DNA of 64,000 nt from Vicinamibacterales bacterium (GTDB taxonomy: Bacteria; Acidobacteriota; Vicinamibacteria; Vicinamibacterales; UBA2999), in NCBI GenBank assembly GCA_035293405.1, contig DATDOE010000062.1, forward strand, positions 7,526 to 71,525, written 5' to 3'. Shown piece after piece: positions 30,299-40,175 of this stretch. The position numbers and the translations under genes are program-made. A model generated the notes under the pieces. The model saw only the letters and a list, made by a program, of their open reading frames with translations, had not been told where the DNA came from and ran no database searches. Position 1 is the stretch's first letter. Each line of letters opens with the position of its first letter.

Positions 30299-30676
30299 AT
30301 GCCGAGAGTAAAACGAGGAACAGTCCGCCGCGCCAAACGCAAGAAGCTCCTGGCGCGTGCGAAAGGCTTCTTCCAGACCAAGAGCAAGCTGTATCGCGCC
30401 GCGAAAGAGTCGGTCGACACGGCGCTCAAATACGCCTACGTCGGTCGGAAGAACAAGAAGCGCGAGTATCGCCGGCTGTGGGTCGTCCGCATCAACGCGG
30501 CGGCGCGCGAGAACGGGCTCACGTATTCGCAGCTGATGCGCGGCCTCAAGGCCGCCAACAACGCGCTCGATCGCAAGATGCTCGCGGACATGGCTGTCCG
30601 GCAGCCGGCGGCATTCAGCAAAGTGGCCGAGCAGGCGAAGGCCGCGCTCCCCGCCCAATCGGCCGCTTCCGCCTGA
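30299..30676 (+). CDS. rplT: 50S ribosomal protein L20
   Basis: [30 protein letters not shown]. Confidence 0.97.
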   Translation: MPRVKRGTVRRAKRKKLLARAKGFFQTKSKLYRAAKESVDTALKYAYVGRKNKKREYRRLWVVRINAAARENGLTYSQLMRGLKAANNALDRKMLADMAVRQPAAFSKVAEQAKAALPAQSAASA

Positions 30677-30759
30677 TCAATGCACAATGCTCAATGCCCA
30701 ATGCCCAATGACCAACCCGATTGGCATTGAGCAATGGGCCTTCTGCATTGAGCATTGAT
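30676..30759. repeat. Inverted heptamer arrays (CAATGCC)x5 / (GGCATTG)x5 forming a hairpin
   Basis: CAATGCA CAATGCT CAATGCC CAATGCC CAATGAC ... GGCATTG AGCAATG GGCCTTC TGCATTG AGCATTG. Confidence 0.9.
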
Positions 30760-30761
30760 TC

Positions 30762-31871
30762 ATGTCTGACTCCCCTCTCAATCACGCGGCTATCGACGCA
30801 CTGCGCGCGCTTTACGAGACGCGCCTGGCTGCCGTCGACACCGTCGCCGCGCTCAAGGGCCTCCACGACGCATTTCTGAGCCGCAAGTCAGGGCTGGTGA
30901 CCGAGCAGATGAAGACGCTCGGCTCGCTACCGCCAGACGCCAGGCGAGCGGTCGGCGGCCTGCTCAACGCACTCAAGACCGAGATCGAAACCTCGATCGC
31001 CGAGAAGCACGCCGCCCTGGCAGCCTCGCGGCCGCTGGCCGGCGCCGTCGACGTCACGCTACCCGGACGCCAGTTGCCCGGTGGACGCATTCACCCGTTG
31101 ATGCGGGTTCGCCAGCAGGTCGAGGACATCTTCACCCACATGGGCTACGAGATCCTCGAAGGGCCGGAGGTCGAGGACGACTTCCACAACTTCGAGGCGC
31201 TGAACATGCCGCCCGACCATCCCGCGCGCGACATGCAGGACACGCTCTATCTGAGCGTGCCCATCGTCGGCGGCACGTGGGGCGCGCACCGGTCGCCCCG
31301 GCCCGGCCACGTGCCCGAGGCGCAAGTCCGCGCCGCCACGTTGCTGCGCACGCATACGTCGGCGATGCAGATTCGGTACATGAAGACGTTCGCGCCGCCG
31401 GTGCGCATCATCGTGCCCGGCCGCGTCTACCGGCGTGACAACCTCGACCTGACCCACACGCCGATGTTCCAGCAGTTCGAAGGCCTGGTCGTGGGCGAAG
31501 GCATCACGATGGCCGACCTCAAGGGCACCTTCGAAGCGATGCTCACCGCACTCTTCGGCAATGTGAACGTGCGGCTGCGTCCGAGCTTCTTCCCCTACAC
31601 CGAGCCGAGCGCCGAGATCGATATCTCGTGTCAGAGCTGCGGCGGCTCCGGCTGCAGCGTGTGCAAGCACACCGGCTGGCTCGAGATTCTGGGCAGCGGC
31701 ATGGTCCACCCCGCGGTCTTCGAGGCGGTCGGCTACGACCCCGAGAACGTCACCGGATTCGCGTTCGGCATGGGCATGGAACGCGTGGCGATGCTGAAGT
31801 ACGGCGTCGACGACATCCGTCTGTTCTACGAGAACGACCTGCGCTTTCTCGAGCAGTTCCCGTCGCTATGA
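30762..31871 (+). CDS. pheS: Phenylalanine--tRNA ligase alpha subunit
   Basis: HPARDMQDT, LLRTHTS, RPSFFPYTEPS, GFAFGMGMER. Confidence 0.98.
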   Translation: MSDSPLNHAAIDALRALYETRLAAVDTVAALKGLHDAFLSRKSGLVTEQMKTLGSLPPDARRAVGGLLNALKTEIETSIAEKHAALAASRPLAGAVDVTLPGRQLPGGRIHPLMRVRQQVEDIFTHMGYEILEGPEVEDDFHNFEALNMPPDHPARDMQDTLYLSVPIVGGTWGAHRSPRPGHVPEAQVRAATLLRTHTSAMQIRYMKTFAPPVRIIVPGRVYRRDNLDLTHTPMFQQFEGLVVGEGITMADLKGTFEAMLTALFGNVNVRLRPSFFPYTEPSAEIDISCQSCGGSGCSVCKHTGWLEILGSGMVHPAVFEAVGYDPENVTGFAFGMGMERVAMLKYGVDDIRLFYENDLRFLEQFPSL

Positions 31872-33913
31872 AGATTCTCGTCTCCTGGCTGCGCGAATTC
31901 GTGGACGTCCCCGGCACGCCCGAGGAGATCGCCACCACGATGTCGGTGCGCGGCTTCGCCGTGGAAGGTATCGAGACGTCGGCCGACGATGCGGTCATCG
32001 ACTTCGAAGTGACGGCCAACCGCCCTGACTGCCTGTCGGTGAGCGGGATCGCCCGGGAAGTGGCGACCGCCTACGGACTCCAGGTACGCCGGCCGGCGGT
32101 CGGTGCCTCCTCGCTCGCGCTGTCCTCGCTCAAGTCGGTCGACCAGGGTGACATCGACATCGTCATCGATAACCCCGAACTGTGCCTGCGCTACGCCGGG
32201 GCGGTCGCTGATGTGAAGGTCGGGCCGTCTCCCGACTGGATGCAGGCGCGGCTGCGCGCGGCCGGCGTGCGGCCGATCAGCAACATCGTTGACGTGACCA
32301 ACTACGTGCTGATCGAGCTCGGCCAACCGATGCACGCGTTCGATCACGCGCGCCTTGGCGGCGGGCAGATCCGCGTGAGAGCGGCTCGACCTGAGGAAAC
32401 GATTCGCACGCTCGACGGCCAGATGCGCCAGCTGACGCCCGACATGCTCGTGATTGCCGACGCGGATCGTCCGGTGGCCGTCGCGGGCGTCATGGGAGGC
32501 GCGGAGAGCGAGGTGAGCGGCGAGACGAGCACCATCGTGCTCGAGAGCGCGTACTTCAATCCGCTGTCGGTGCGTCGCACCAGCAAAGTGCTCGGGCTCA
32601 AGACCGAGGCGAGCATTCGATTCGAGCGCGGCGCCGACCCGCGGCTGCCGGTCACGGCCATGGAGCGCGCGTGCGCGCTGCTCGAACAGATAGGCGCCGG
32701 CACGGCGAGAGGGACGATTGTGGACCGGTATCCCACGCGGGTGGAGCCGGGCATGCGCCGCTTGCGACGAGAGCGTGTCGCGGGACTGCTCGGCGCATCC
32801 ATCCCCGACGCCGACATCCGGCGGATCCTGGAGAGCCTCGGCTTTGCGCTTCGAGAGGCCGAGGGCGGATGGGACGTCACGGTCCCGACACGCAGGGTCG
32901 ACGTGCTGCGCGAGGTGGATCTCATCGAGGAAGTGGCCAGGCACTACGGGTTCGACCGGATTCCCGTGACCTTCCCCGCGCTCACGGTGGCTCCGCCACC
33001 GATCGACCCGCGGGTCACAGAGGCGCGTGCGTTGCGCACGCTCATGACGGGCGCCGGATTCTTCGAGGCCGTGACCTTCGGGTTCATCGCGCAATCGGCC
33101 GCGGCCCGATTTGCGGACGAGGGCGAGGTCGTGCCGATCGCCAACCCGCTGTCCGAGAACTTCGGCGTGCTGAGGCCGTCGCTGATCCCGGGCCTGGTCG
33201 GGGCCGTCGCGCACAATCGGCGTCGCGAGCAGCGTGATGTGCGCCTCTTCGAGATCGGCGCGCGCTTCTCGCGGCGCTGCGGAGAAAGACGCGCGATCGC
33301 CTGCGCGTGGACGGGCGCGATCGGGGGCGATCATTGGAGCGGCGGGACGCGCGACGTCGACTACTTCGACATGCAGGGCGTCGTCGAGCGTCTGTGCAAA
33401 GCGCTGCGGGTCGAGGCACAGAGTGAACCCGTACGCGAGGCGTGGCTCGTGGCGGGGCGCGCGGCCGCGCTCATGATGGATGGCACCCGCATCGGACTGC
33501 TCGGCCAGCTGGCGCCGTCGATCGCCGAACAGCATGGCGTGCCGGCAGGGGACGATGTCTACGTGGCTGAGATCGATCTGGATGCCGTCGATGCCGCAGC
33601 CAGCCAGGACGTGCACATCGAGCCCCTCCCGCGACATCCTTCGGTGACCCGCGACATCTCGATCCTGATCGACGACACGCTCGCCGCCGCCGGCGTGAGG
33701 CAGACGATCAGCGAGCACGCTCCCGACACGCTCGCGCGCGTCAAGGAATTCGACCGTTATCAGGGAAAAGGCGTGCCCGACGGCAAGGTCAGCCTCTCGC
33801 TGCGTCTGACGTTCCGGGCTTCGGACCGCACGCTCACTGATGCCGAGGTGCAGAAGGCCATGGACGCGGTGATTGCCGCGCTTACCGCACGCCATGGCGC
33901 CGTACAGCGTTAG
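31868..33913 (+). CDS. pheT: Phenylalanine--tRNA ligase beta subunit (short form, no B2 domain)
   Basis: MKILVSWLREFV, TANRPDCLS, NIVDVTNYV, RFERGAD, DLIEEVAR, FDX-ACB C-terminus. Confidence 0.96.
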   Translation: MKILVSWLREFVDVPGTPEEIATTMSVRGFAVEGIETSADDAVIDFEVTANRPDCLSVSGIAREVATAYGLQVRRPAVGASSLALSSLKSVDQGDIDIVIDNPELCLRYAGAVADVKVGPSPDWMQARLRAAGVRPISNIVDVTNYVLIELGQPMHAFDHARLGGGQIRVRAARPEETIRTLDGQMRQLTPDMLVIADADRPVAVAGVMGGAESEVSGETSTIVLESAYFNPLSVRRTSKVLGLKTEASIRFERGADPRLPVTAMERACALLEQIGAGTARGTIVDRYPTRVEPGMRRLRRERVAGLLGASIPDADIRRILESLGFALREAEGGWDVTVPTRRVDVLREVDLIEEVARHYGFDRIPVTFPALTVAPPPIDPRVTEARALRTLMTGAGFFEAVTFGFIAQSAAARFADEGEVVPIANPLSENFGVLRPSLIPGLVGAVAHNRRREQRDVRLFEIGARFSRRCGERRAIACAWTGAIGGDHWSGGTRDVDYFDMQGVVERLCKALRVEAQSEPVREAWLVAGRAAALMMDGTRIGLLGQLAPSIAEQHGVPAGDDVYVAEIDLDAVDAAASQDVHIEPLPRHPSVTRDISILIDDTLAAAGVRQTISEHAPDTLARVKEFDRYQGKGVPDGKVSLSLRLTFRASDRTLTDAEVQKAMDAVIAALTARHGAVQR

Positions 33914-33981
33914 CTTGAATCTTCGTACTCTTCGTGGCACCATCTCACCCGGCACCCACATCAGCAGAGGATCGTACCCGG

Positions 33982-34257
33982 ATGGCAAAGCAGGCGGTAG
34001 CGACGCGAACTGATCTCGACTCCATCGATCGTCTCGAGGAGAAAGTGAAGCTCCTGGTCGGCGTGGTCACGCAGCTTCGGAAGGAGCACGCCAAGGCGGC
34101 CGAGGACAACTCCCGGCTGATGCGCGAGCTCGACACCCTGCGCGCGCAGCTGGCCGACAGCGAGGCCACGGGCAGCGAGCTGATGGCGCTGCGCGACGAG
34201 CGCGACCTCATCCGCACGCGCGTCGCCGACATGCTTCAGCAGCTCGAGTCGATCTAA
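33982..34257 (+). CDS. zapB: ZapB-like coiled-coil protein
   Basis: LEEKVKLLV coiled coil, position between pheT and zapA. Confidence 0.7.
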   Translation: MAKQAVATRTDLDSIDRLEEKVKLLVGVVTQLRKEHAKAAEDNSRLMRELDTLRAQLADSEATGSELMALRDERDLIRTRVADMLQQLESI

Positions 34258-34280
34258 CCGGTGCCAACACCAGATCGACG

Positions 34281-34595
34281 ATGAGTAGCGTCATCACGGT
34301 CGAGATCGCAGGCCAGCGCTATCCGATTCGCAGCGCGCTCGACGAACGGTACGTCACCGAGCTGGCCGCTTACGTCGACCAGAAGATGCGCGCCGCTTCC
34401 GATTCAGCACCGGCCAGCGACATTCTCGGCCTGGCCATCCTCGTCGCCCTCAACATCGCCGACGAATTCTTCCGCGAGCGCGATCACAAGGTCTCCTCGA
34501 CCGGCAGTCTGGGCAGTCTGCACGAGCGTGCATTACGGCTCGAGCGGATTGTGGATGCAGCGCTGGCACAAGTCGCCACAAAGCAGGCGGTTTAG
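34281..34595 (+). CDS. zapA: Cell division protein ZapA
   Basis: VEIAGQRYPI, AAYVDQKMR, AILVALNIADE. Confidence 0.92.
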   Translation: MSSVITVEIAGQRYPIRSALDERYVTELAAYVDQKMRAASDSAPASDILGLAILVALNIADEFFRERDHKVSSTGSLGSLHERALRLERIVDAALAQVATKQAV

Positions 34596-34601
34596 CCACT
34601 G

Positions 34602-34630
34602 TTGACCAGGTTCGGATCGCACGATAAGAT
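34602..34630 (+). promoter_or_regulatory. Sigma70-type promoter of 6S RNA
   Basis: TTGACC-N17-TAAGAT directly upstream of the RNA. Confidence 0.75.
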
Positions 34631-34635
34631 CCCGT

Positions 34636-34820
34636 GAGCTCCTGCTTTGCTCGTGATGGTTTTCGGAGGCTCGTCTGAGCCAACGTTAATCCTAAGTGAG
34701 CCGCGAGGTTGCGCGTTGTGCATGCCTCTGTTTCGAGGAAGCCTGAAGCGCAACTAACAACGGCGGCTCCACCTGCTTTCGCAGGTTCACTCGACCTCCC
34801 CACACGGCAAAGCGGGGCTT
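34636..34820 (+). ncRNA. ssrS: 6S RNA
   Basis: About 185 nt downstream of zapA (conserved synteny); closing stem GAGCTCCTGCTTTGC/GCAAAGCGGGGCTT, inner GAGCCG/CGGCTC pairing, U-rich tail. Confidence 0.85.
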
Positions 34821-34863
34821 TTCTTTTTCGGCCCGCTGCCTTTCCCCTCTGGCCGGTTCCTCA

Positions 34864-35871
34864 TTGCAGACGCTGACCGTCGCCGACATCGGAGAACGTG
34901 CGCTCATTGCGCGAATCAGGGCGCATGTGTCCATGCCTTCCTGGGTCGTGCTCGGACCCGGCGACGATGCCGCGGTCATCCGGCCCGTGCGTGGCGCGTT
35001 CGACGTGTTCACGACCGACGCACTCATCGAGGGCGTGCATTTCGATCGCCGGTTCGTGCCCGCCGAGGCCATCGGGCACCGCGCGCTGGCCGTCAATCTG
35101 AGCGACCTGGCCGCAATGGGCGCATCGCCGCGCGCCGCGCTCCTCTCGCTGGCGCTGCCGGCGACGCTCGAGGTAGAGACGTTCGACCAGATACTGCATG
35201 GGCTCCTCACCCTGGCGGCGGCGCACCGGGTCAGTTTGATTGGTGGCAACATCACGTACACACCCGGGCCGTTGATGCTCGATGTCACGGCAATCGGCGC
35301 CGTGCGGCCTCGCCGGCTTCTCGAGCGCGCCGGCGCACGGCCAGGCGATGCGCTGTACGTTACCGGAAGCCTCGGCGAGGCGGCCGTTGGCCTGGAGCGC
35401 CTTCAAGACGCGTCCCGGACGGGGGCCGTCATTCCCGGAGGCTCGTGCGTCGAGCGCTATCTCAGGCCCGAACCTCGAGTCCGAGCCGGCATGCTGCTCG
35501 GAAGGAATCGAGCCGCCTCGAGCTGCATGGATATCAGCGACGGTCTCGCCGACTGCGTGCGGCAGGTCGCCGAAGCCTCTGGCGTGGGAATGACGCTCGA
35601 CGCCTCAGCCATTCCGGTGACCAAGGACGTCAAAGACTGGCAGGAGCAGAAGGGACGCGACCCTCTCGAATCCGCGCTCAGCGGTGGCGATGATTACGAG
35701 CTCTTCTTCACGGTTCGGCCAGCTCATCGGGGCCGCTTCCGGGGTGTGTGCCAGCAACTCGGCGATCTGCCGATAACACGGATTGGAGTCGTCACGAAGG
35801 CCCGGGATTTGCTACTCAAGGATGAGCACGGCACGCGTGGGTTGCCGGCCGGGTACGAGCACTTCAAATAA
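34864..35871 (+). CDS. thiL: Thiamine-monophosphate kinase
   Basis: GPGDDAA, EGVHF, NLSDLAAMG, MDISDGL, ALSGGDDYELFFT. Confidence 0.95.
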   Translation: MQTLTVADIGERALIARIRAHVSMPSWVVLGPGDDAAVIRPVRGAFDVFTTDALIEGVHFDRRFVPAEAIGHRALAVNLSDLAAMGASPRAALLSLALPATLEVETFDQILHGLLTLAAAHRVSLIGGNITYTPGPLMLDVTAIGAVRPRRLLERAGARPGDALYVTGSLGEAAVGLERLQDASRTGAVIPGGSCVERYLRPEPRVRAGMLLGRNRAASSCMDISDGLADCVRQVAEASGVGMTLDASAIPVTKDVKDWQEQKGRDPLESALSGGDDYELFFTVRPAHRGRFRGVCQQLGDLPITRIGVVTKARDLLLKDEHGTRGLPAGYEHFK

Positions 35872-35873
35872 CA

Positions 35874-36542
35874 ATGCGAGTACTCTCGCGCTACGCCTCG
35901 CTCAAGGTCGCGGTCCTGCTGATCGCCGTGATCGGCTTCGTGCTGCTGTACGAAGCGGAGATGTTCGACTCGCGAAGCGCGGTGTGGCAGTCGATGACCA
36001 GTGCCGACGGCTCACCTCTGCCCGGGGCGCGTCTGCCGTTCAGTGCCACCGCGTATTGCAAAGGCACGACGACGGCATCGGGCGTCGGCGTCCGCACCGG
36101 CATTGCCGCGGCCGATCCGGCGCTCCTCCCAGTCGGCAGCGTGCTGAACATCGGCGCCGGCGATCAACGCTACAACGGTGTGTATACGGTGATGGACACG
36201 GGCCCCAAAGTGCAGGGCCGGCTCCTCGATCTCTACATGTGGAGCTGCCACGAGGCACTGCGATTCGGGCGCAAGGATATTCAAGTCACCGTCTTGAGGC
36301 TCGGGTGGGATCCGCGGGCCACTGCGCCCACTCTGATCGATCGCCTGTTCCGGCGTCGTGAGGCCTCGCGCAAGATTCCGTCCGCTGACCCGCCGCCGCC
36401 TGCTGGTGTTCCACCGGCTGACGGTGTGCCAGTCGAGGCCGCCGAAGTGCCCGATGAGGACGCGGGCCCGGAGGCAGAGCCGACTGCATCTCCAACACCG
36501 GCGGTTCCGTCGCCCCTGCCGCCTTCGACGCCTCCCGTCTAA
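35874..36542 (+). CDS. 3D-domain (MltA-like) protein
   Basis: ATAYC, TTASG, AADPALLPVGS, DTGPKVQGRLLDLY; Pro-rich tail. Confidence 0.88.
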   Translation: MRVLSRYASLKVAVLLIAVIGFVLLYEAEMFDSRSAVWQSMTSADGSPLPGARLPFSATAYCKGTTTASGVGVRTGIAAADPALLPVGSVLNIGAGDQRYNGVYTVMDTGPKVQGRLLDLYMWSCHEALRFGRKDIQVTVLRLGWDPRATAPTLIDRLFRRREASRKIPSADPPPPAGVPPADGVPVEAAEVPDEDAGPEAEPTASPTPAVPSPLPPSTPPV

Positions 36543-38386
36543 GGTCCGGTTAAAGCCGACGCCGACGCCGACTCGAACTGAAGCTCATAGAGACGACGAT
36601 AGATTCCGCGTGCGGCGAGCAACTCCTGATGTGTGCCCGACTCGCGAAGCTCACCTTTGTGCAGCACCAGAATGTGGTCCATGTCCTGAATGGTCGACAG
36701 CCGGTGCGCGATGGCGATGGTCGTGCGGCCGCGCATCACCACTGTCAGCGCGTCGCGGATGAGGAGCTCGGTATCGGTATCGACGCTCGACGTGGCCTCG
36801 TCGAGGATCAGCACGCGCGGGTCGAACGCGAGCGCACGCGCGAACGACAGCAGCTGCTTCTGCCCGGACGACAGCGTCGCGCCGCGTTCGGCGACCGGAG
36901 TCTGCGCCCCTCGAGGCATGCGGTCGACGAACTTCGAGGCATGGACGGCACCCAGCGCGCGCCGCACGTCGTCATCCGTCAAGGCGTCGCGGCCAAGCCT
37001 GATATTGCCGGCGATCGTGCCTGAAAAGAGATACACGTCCTGCAGCACCAACCCGAACTGACGACGCAGCGCACCCAGATCGAGGTTCTTGATGTCCACG
37101 CCGTCAATCGTGATGCGGCCCTGCTGGACGTCGTAGAACCGCAGAAGCAGGCTGACGATCGTCGTCTTCCCCGATCCCGTCGCGCCCACGATGGCGACGC
37201 GCTGTCCCGGCTCGACCTCGAACGAGACGTTCCGCAGGACGGGCTCTCCCTCGACGTAGGCAAAGGTCACGTCCTCGAACCGGATGACGCCGCCGTCTTC
37301 AACCGCGGGGGTCGAAGCCCTGTCGCCACGATCTCGAGATTCTTGAGCGTGGGCGAAAGCCCCCGCTCTACGATCTGAAGATTCCTTCGACGTGATCTCC
37401 ACTGGCGTGTCGAGCAGCGCGAAGATCCGCTCGGAAGAGGCCATCGCTCCCTGCAACACATTGAACTTCTCAGAGAGATCGCTGATCGGACGGAAAAACC
37501 GCTGCGAGTACTGGAGGAACGCGACCAGCGAGCCCAGCGTGAGCGCCTCGTCCGCGACCCAGCCACCGCCGACCCAGAGAATCAATGCCGCCGCAAGCGC
37601 GCTGACCAGCTCGATGCCGGGATAGAACACCGCGTAGTAGAAGATCGACCGCACGTTGGCGTCGCGGTGCGCGCGATCGATCTCATCGAAGGCCTCGAAG
37701 TCGCGCGGCTCGCGTCGATAGAGCTGCACCGTGGCCATCCCGGTGATGCGCTCCTGAAGAAACGCATTGATTCGGGCAATCCAGGTGCGCACGGTGCGAT
37801 AGGTCTCGCGCACGTTGAGGCGGAACCACTGCGTGATGATGGCGATGAGCGGCAACACCGAGAACGCGACCAGCGCCAGGCGCCAGTCCATCCACACGAG
37901 CATCACCATGATGCCGACCAGCGTGAACATGTCGCCGAACACGGACACGACGCCCGAGGTAAACAGCTCGTTGAGCACATCGACGTCGGTCGTGACCCGC
38001 GTCATCAACCGGCCGACAGGGTTGCGATCGTAAAAGCGGAGGTCCAGCCGCTGCAAATGCCTGACCATCTGCATCCGCAGGTCGAACATGATCCGCTGAC
38101 CGGTCAGCTGCATCGTCCACGTCTGCACGAACTCCAGCGCGAACGAGCCGATCAGAGTGACCAGATAGAGAGCCGCAACCAGGCCGAGTCCAGACACATC
38201 GCGAGCCGGGATGTAGCTGTCGATGACAATCTTCGTCAGATACGGCGGCGTCAGCTCCAGACACGAGTGGCCAATGATGGCCGCCACGGCGACGACCACT
38301 TGCCGCCGATACGGGCGCAGGTATCCGAGGAGCCGGCGCATCAGCCGGCCGTCGTAGGCTTTTCCGAGGACGTCTTCGTCGTGCAT
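36539..38386 (-). CDS. Type IV ABC exporter subunit (TMD+NBD)
   Basis: GATGSGKT, LSSGQKQ, LILDEATS, IAHRLST. Confidence 0.95.
   Translation of the reverse strand: MHDEDVLGKAYDGRLMRRLLGYLRPYRRQVVVAVAAIIGHSCLELTPPYLTKIVIDSYIPARDVSGLGLVAALYLVTLIGSFALEFVQTWTMQLTGQRIMFDLRMQMVRHLQRLDLRFYDRNPVGRLMTRVTTDVDVLNELFTSGVVSVFGDMFTLVGIMVMLVWMDWRLALVAFSVLPLIAIITQWFRLNVRETYRTVRTWIARINAFLQERITGMATVQLYRREPRDFEAFDEIDRAHRDANVRSIFYYAVFYPGIELVSALAAALILWVGGGWVADEALTLGSLVAFLQYSQRFFRPISDLSEKFNVLQGAMASSERIFALLDTPVEITSKESSDRRAGAFAHAQESRDRGDRASTPAVEDGGVIRFEDVTFAYVEGEPVLRNVSFEVEPGQRVAIVGATGSGKTTIVSLLLRFYDVQQGRITIDGVDIKNLDLGALRRQFGLVLQDVYLFSGTIAGNIRLGRDALTDDDVRRALGAVHASKFVDRMPRGAQTPVAERGATLSSGQKQLLSFARALAFDPRVLILDEATSSVDTDTELLIRDALTVVMRGRTTIAIAHRLSTIQDMDHILVLHKGELRESGTHQELLAARGIYRRLYELQFESASASALTGP
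37303..37371 (-). repeat. Two GTAG/GTGG-tagged REP-like hairpins inside the ABC gene
   Basis: Minus strand GATC-GTAG-AGCGGGGGC-TTTC-GCCCACGCT and GATC-GTGG-CGACAGGGCTTCGACCCCCGCGG. Confidence 0.6.
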
Positions 38387-40137
38387 CAGGACGCCGCCAG
38401 CTCCTCCTCGAGCAACTGCTTGCGATGGAGCTCCGCGTACACTCCGTCACGACGCACGAGCTCGTCATGGGTGCCCGACTCGGCGACCCTCCCCTCGTCC
38501 AGAACGACGATTTGATGCGCGCCGCGTACCGTGGACGCGCGATGCGAAACGATGATGCAGGTGCGCTGGCGCATGACCGTCGAGAGACGCCGCAGAATCT
38601 CCTCTTCGGTGTAGGTGTCCACGGCCGACAACGCGTCGTCCAGGATGAGGATGGCCGGGTCCGTGACGAGCGCACGAGCGATGGCCGTCCGTTGTTTCTG
38701 TCCACCGGAGAGCGTGATCCCGCGCTCCCCGACCATCGTGTCGTACCCCTGCGGGAACGCGTCGATGTCCTGGTCCAGCCTGGCGGTGGCCGCTGCCTGC
38801 TCGACGCGAGCGCGATCCCTTGTTTCGCCGCGCATCCCGAACGCGATGTTGTCGGCAATCGTGGAGCTGAAGAGGAAGGGCTCCTGCGCCACGAATCCGA
38901 TTGCGCCTCTCAACGTCGCCAGCGGAATGTGCCGTACGTCCACGCCGTCGATGAACACCGTGCCCGGCGGTGCGTCATGGAGCCTGGGCAGCAGACTCAG
39001 GAGCGTCGACTTTCCCGATCCGGTCGCGCCCACAATCGCCGTCGTCGTGCCGGCGGGGATGACGAACGAGACGTCGTGAAGGACGGTGGTCTCGCCGTAG
39101 CGGAACGTGAGGTGACGAAACTCGATCGCGCCGCGAATCGGTTCGAGCGCCGTTGTGACCGCGTCACGATCCGAGATCGCCGGAACCGCGTCGAGCACTT
39201 CGAGCATCCGCTTCCACGACGCCAGTCCCCGCTGCAGGAGGTTGGTGACCCAGCCGAACGCGATCATCGGCCAGCCGAGCATCATCAGGTAGGTGTTGAA
39301 CGCCACCAGTTCGCCCACCGTCATGCGCCCGGCCACGACTTCGCGGCTGCCAATCCACAGCACGAGCAGTGCGCCGATGCCCATCAGCAGGCCCATGCTC
39401 GGGTAGTACATCCCCTGCAGCCGGATCAGCGCGCGGTTCCGCACGAGGTACTCCTCGTTGGCGCGTCTGAAGCGCTCGATTTCGAAGGCCTCCTGGGCGT
39501 ATGCGCGCACCACGCGGACCCCGGCCAGCGACTCCTGAGTGACGGCGCTGATGTCCGACAGCTGTTCCTGGATCTTCTCGAAGCGCGTGTGAATCGCCCC
39601 GCCGAAGTACCACACCGCGAACGAGACAAACGGCAGCGGGACGAGCGCGATGGCGGTCAGCCAGGGGTTGATCGAGACCATCAGGATGATCGCCACGACG
39701 AAGGTCAGGCCCGTGGTCGCGGAGTACATGACGGCGGGACCGATCATCATGCGCACGGCGCTCAGATCGTTGGTCGCGCGCGACATCAGGTCGCCGGTGC
39801 GGGTCTGCTGGAAATAGCCGAGGTGCATCCGCTGCAGCGAGGCGAAGAAGTCATTCCGCAGGTCGTACTCGAAGTCGCGCGAGGCGCCGATGATGATGCA
39901 CCTCATGAGGAATCTGAACAGTCCGCCGACAGCTGCCAGTCCCAGCATCACCACCGCGTAGAGCCGGACCTTCTCCAGAGTCACCGCGTCGTGGAGGTCA
40001 TCGATGGCGAACTTGAGCACCCAGGGGCCGGCCAGCGAGATCGCGGTGGTCAAGACCACGCAGACAAAGCCGAGCAGGAACGACCGGCGGTACCTGGTCA
40101 AATACCTGAGCAGTCTGCGTTCCGGAGAGGGCGACAC
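38386..40137 (-). CDS. Type IV ABC exporter subunit (heterodimer partner)
   Basis: GATGSGKS, LSGGQKQR, degenerate Walker B LILDDALS. Confidence 0.95.
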   Translation of the reverse strand: MSPSPERRLLRYLTRYRRSFLLGFVCVVLTTAISLAGPWVLKFAIDDLHDAVTLEKVRLYAVVMLGLAAVGGLFRFLMRCIIIGASRDFEYDLRNDFFASLQRMHLGYFQQTRTGDLMSRATNDLSAVRMMIGPAVMYSATTGLTFVVAIILMVSINPWLTAIALVPLPFVSFAVWYFGGAIHTRFEKIQEQLSDISAVTQESLAGVRVVRAYAQEAFEIERFRRANEEYLVRNRALIRLQGMYYPSMGLLMGIGALLVLWIGSREVVAGRMTVGELVAFNTYLMMLGWPMIAFGWVTNLLQRGLASWKRMLEVLDAVPAISDRDAVTTALEPIRGAIEFRHLTFRYGETTVLHDVSFVIPAGTTTAIVGATGSGKSTLLSLLPRLHDAPPGTVFIDGVDVRHIPLATLRGAIGFVAQEPFLFSSTIADNIAFGMRGETRDRARVEQAAATARLDQDIDAFPQGYDTMVGERGITLSGGQKQRTAIARALVTDPAILILDDALSAVDTYTEEEILRRLSTVMRQRTCIIVSHRASTVRGAHQIVVLDEGRVAESGTHDELVRRDGVYAELHRKQLLEEELAAS

Positions 40138-40175
40138 ATCTACAGGGTACCCCGCGGCCAGCCGATAGACGAAGC

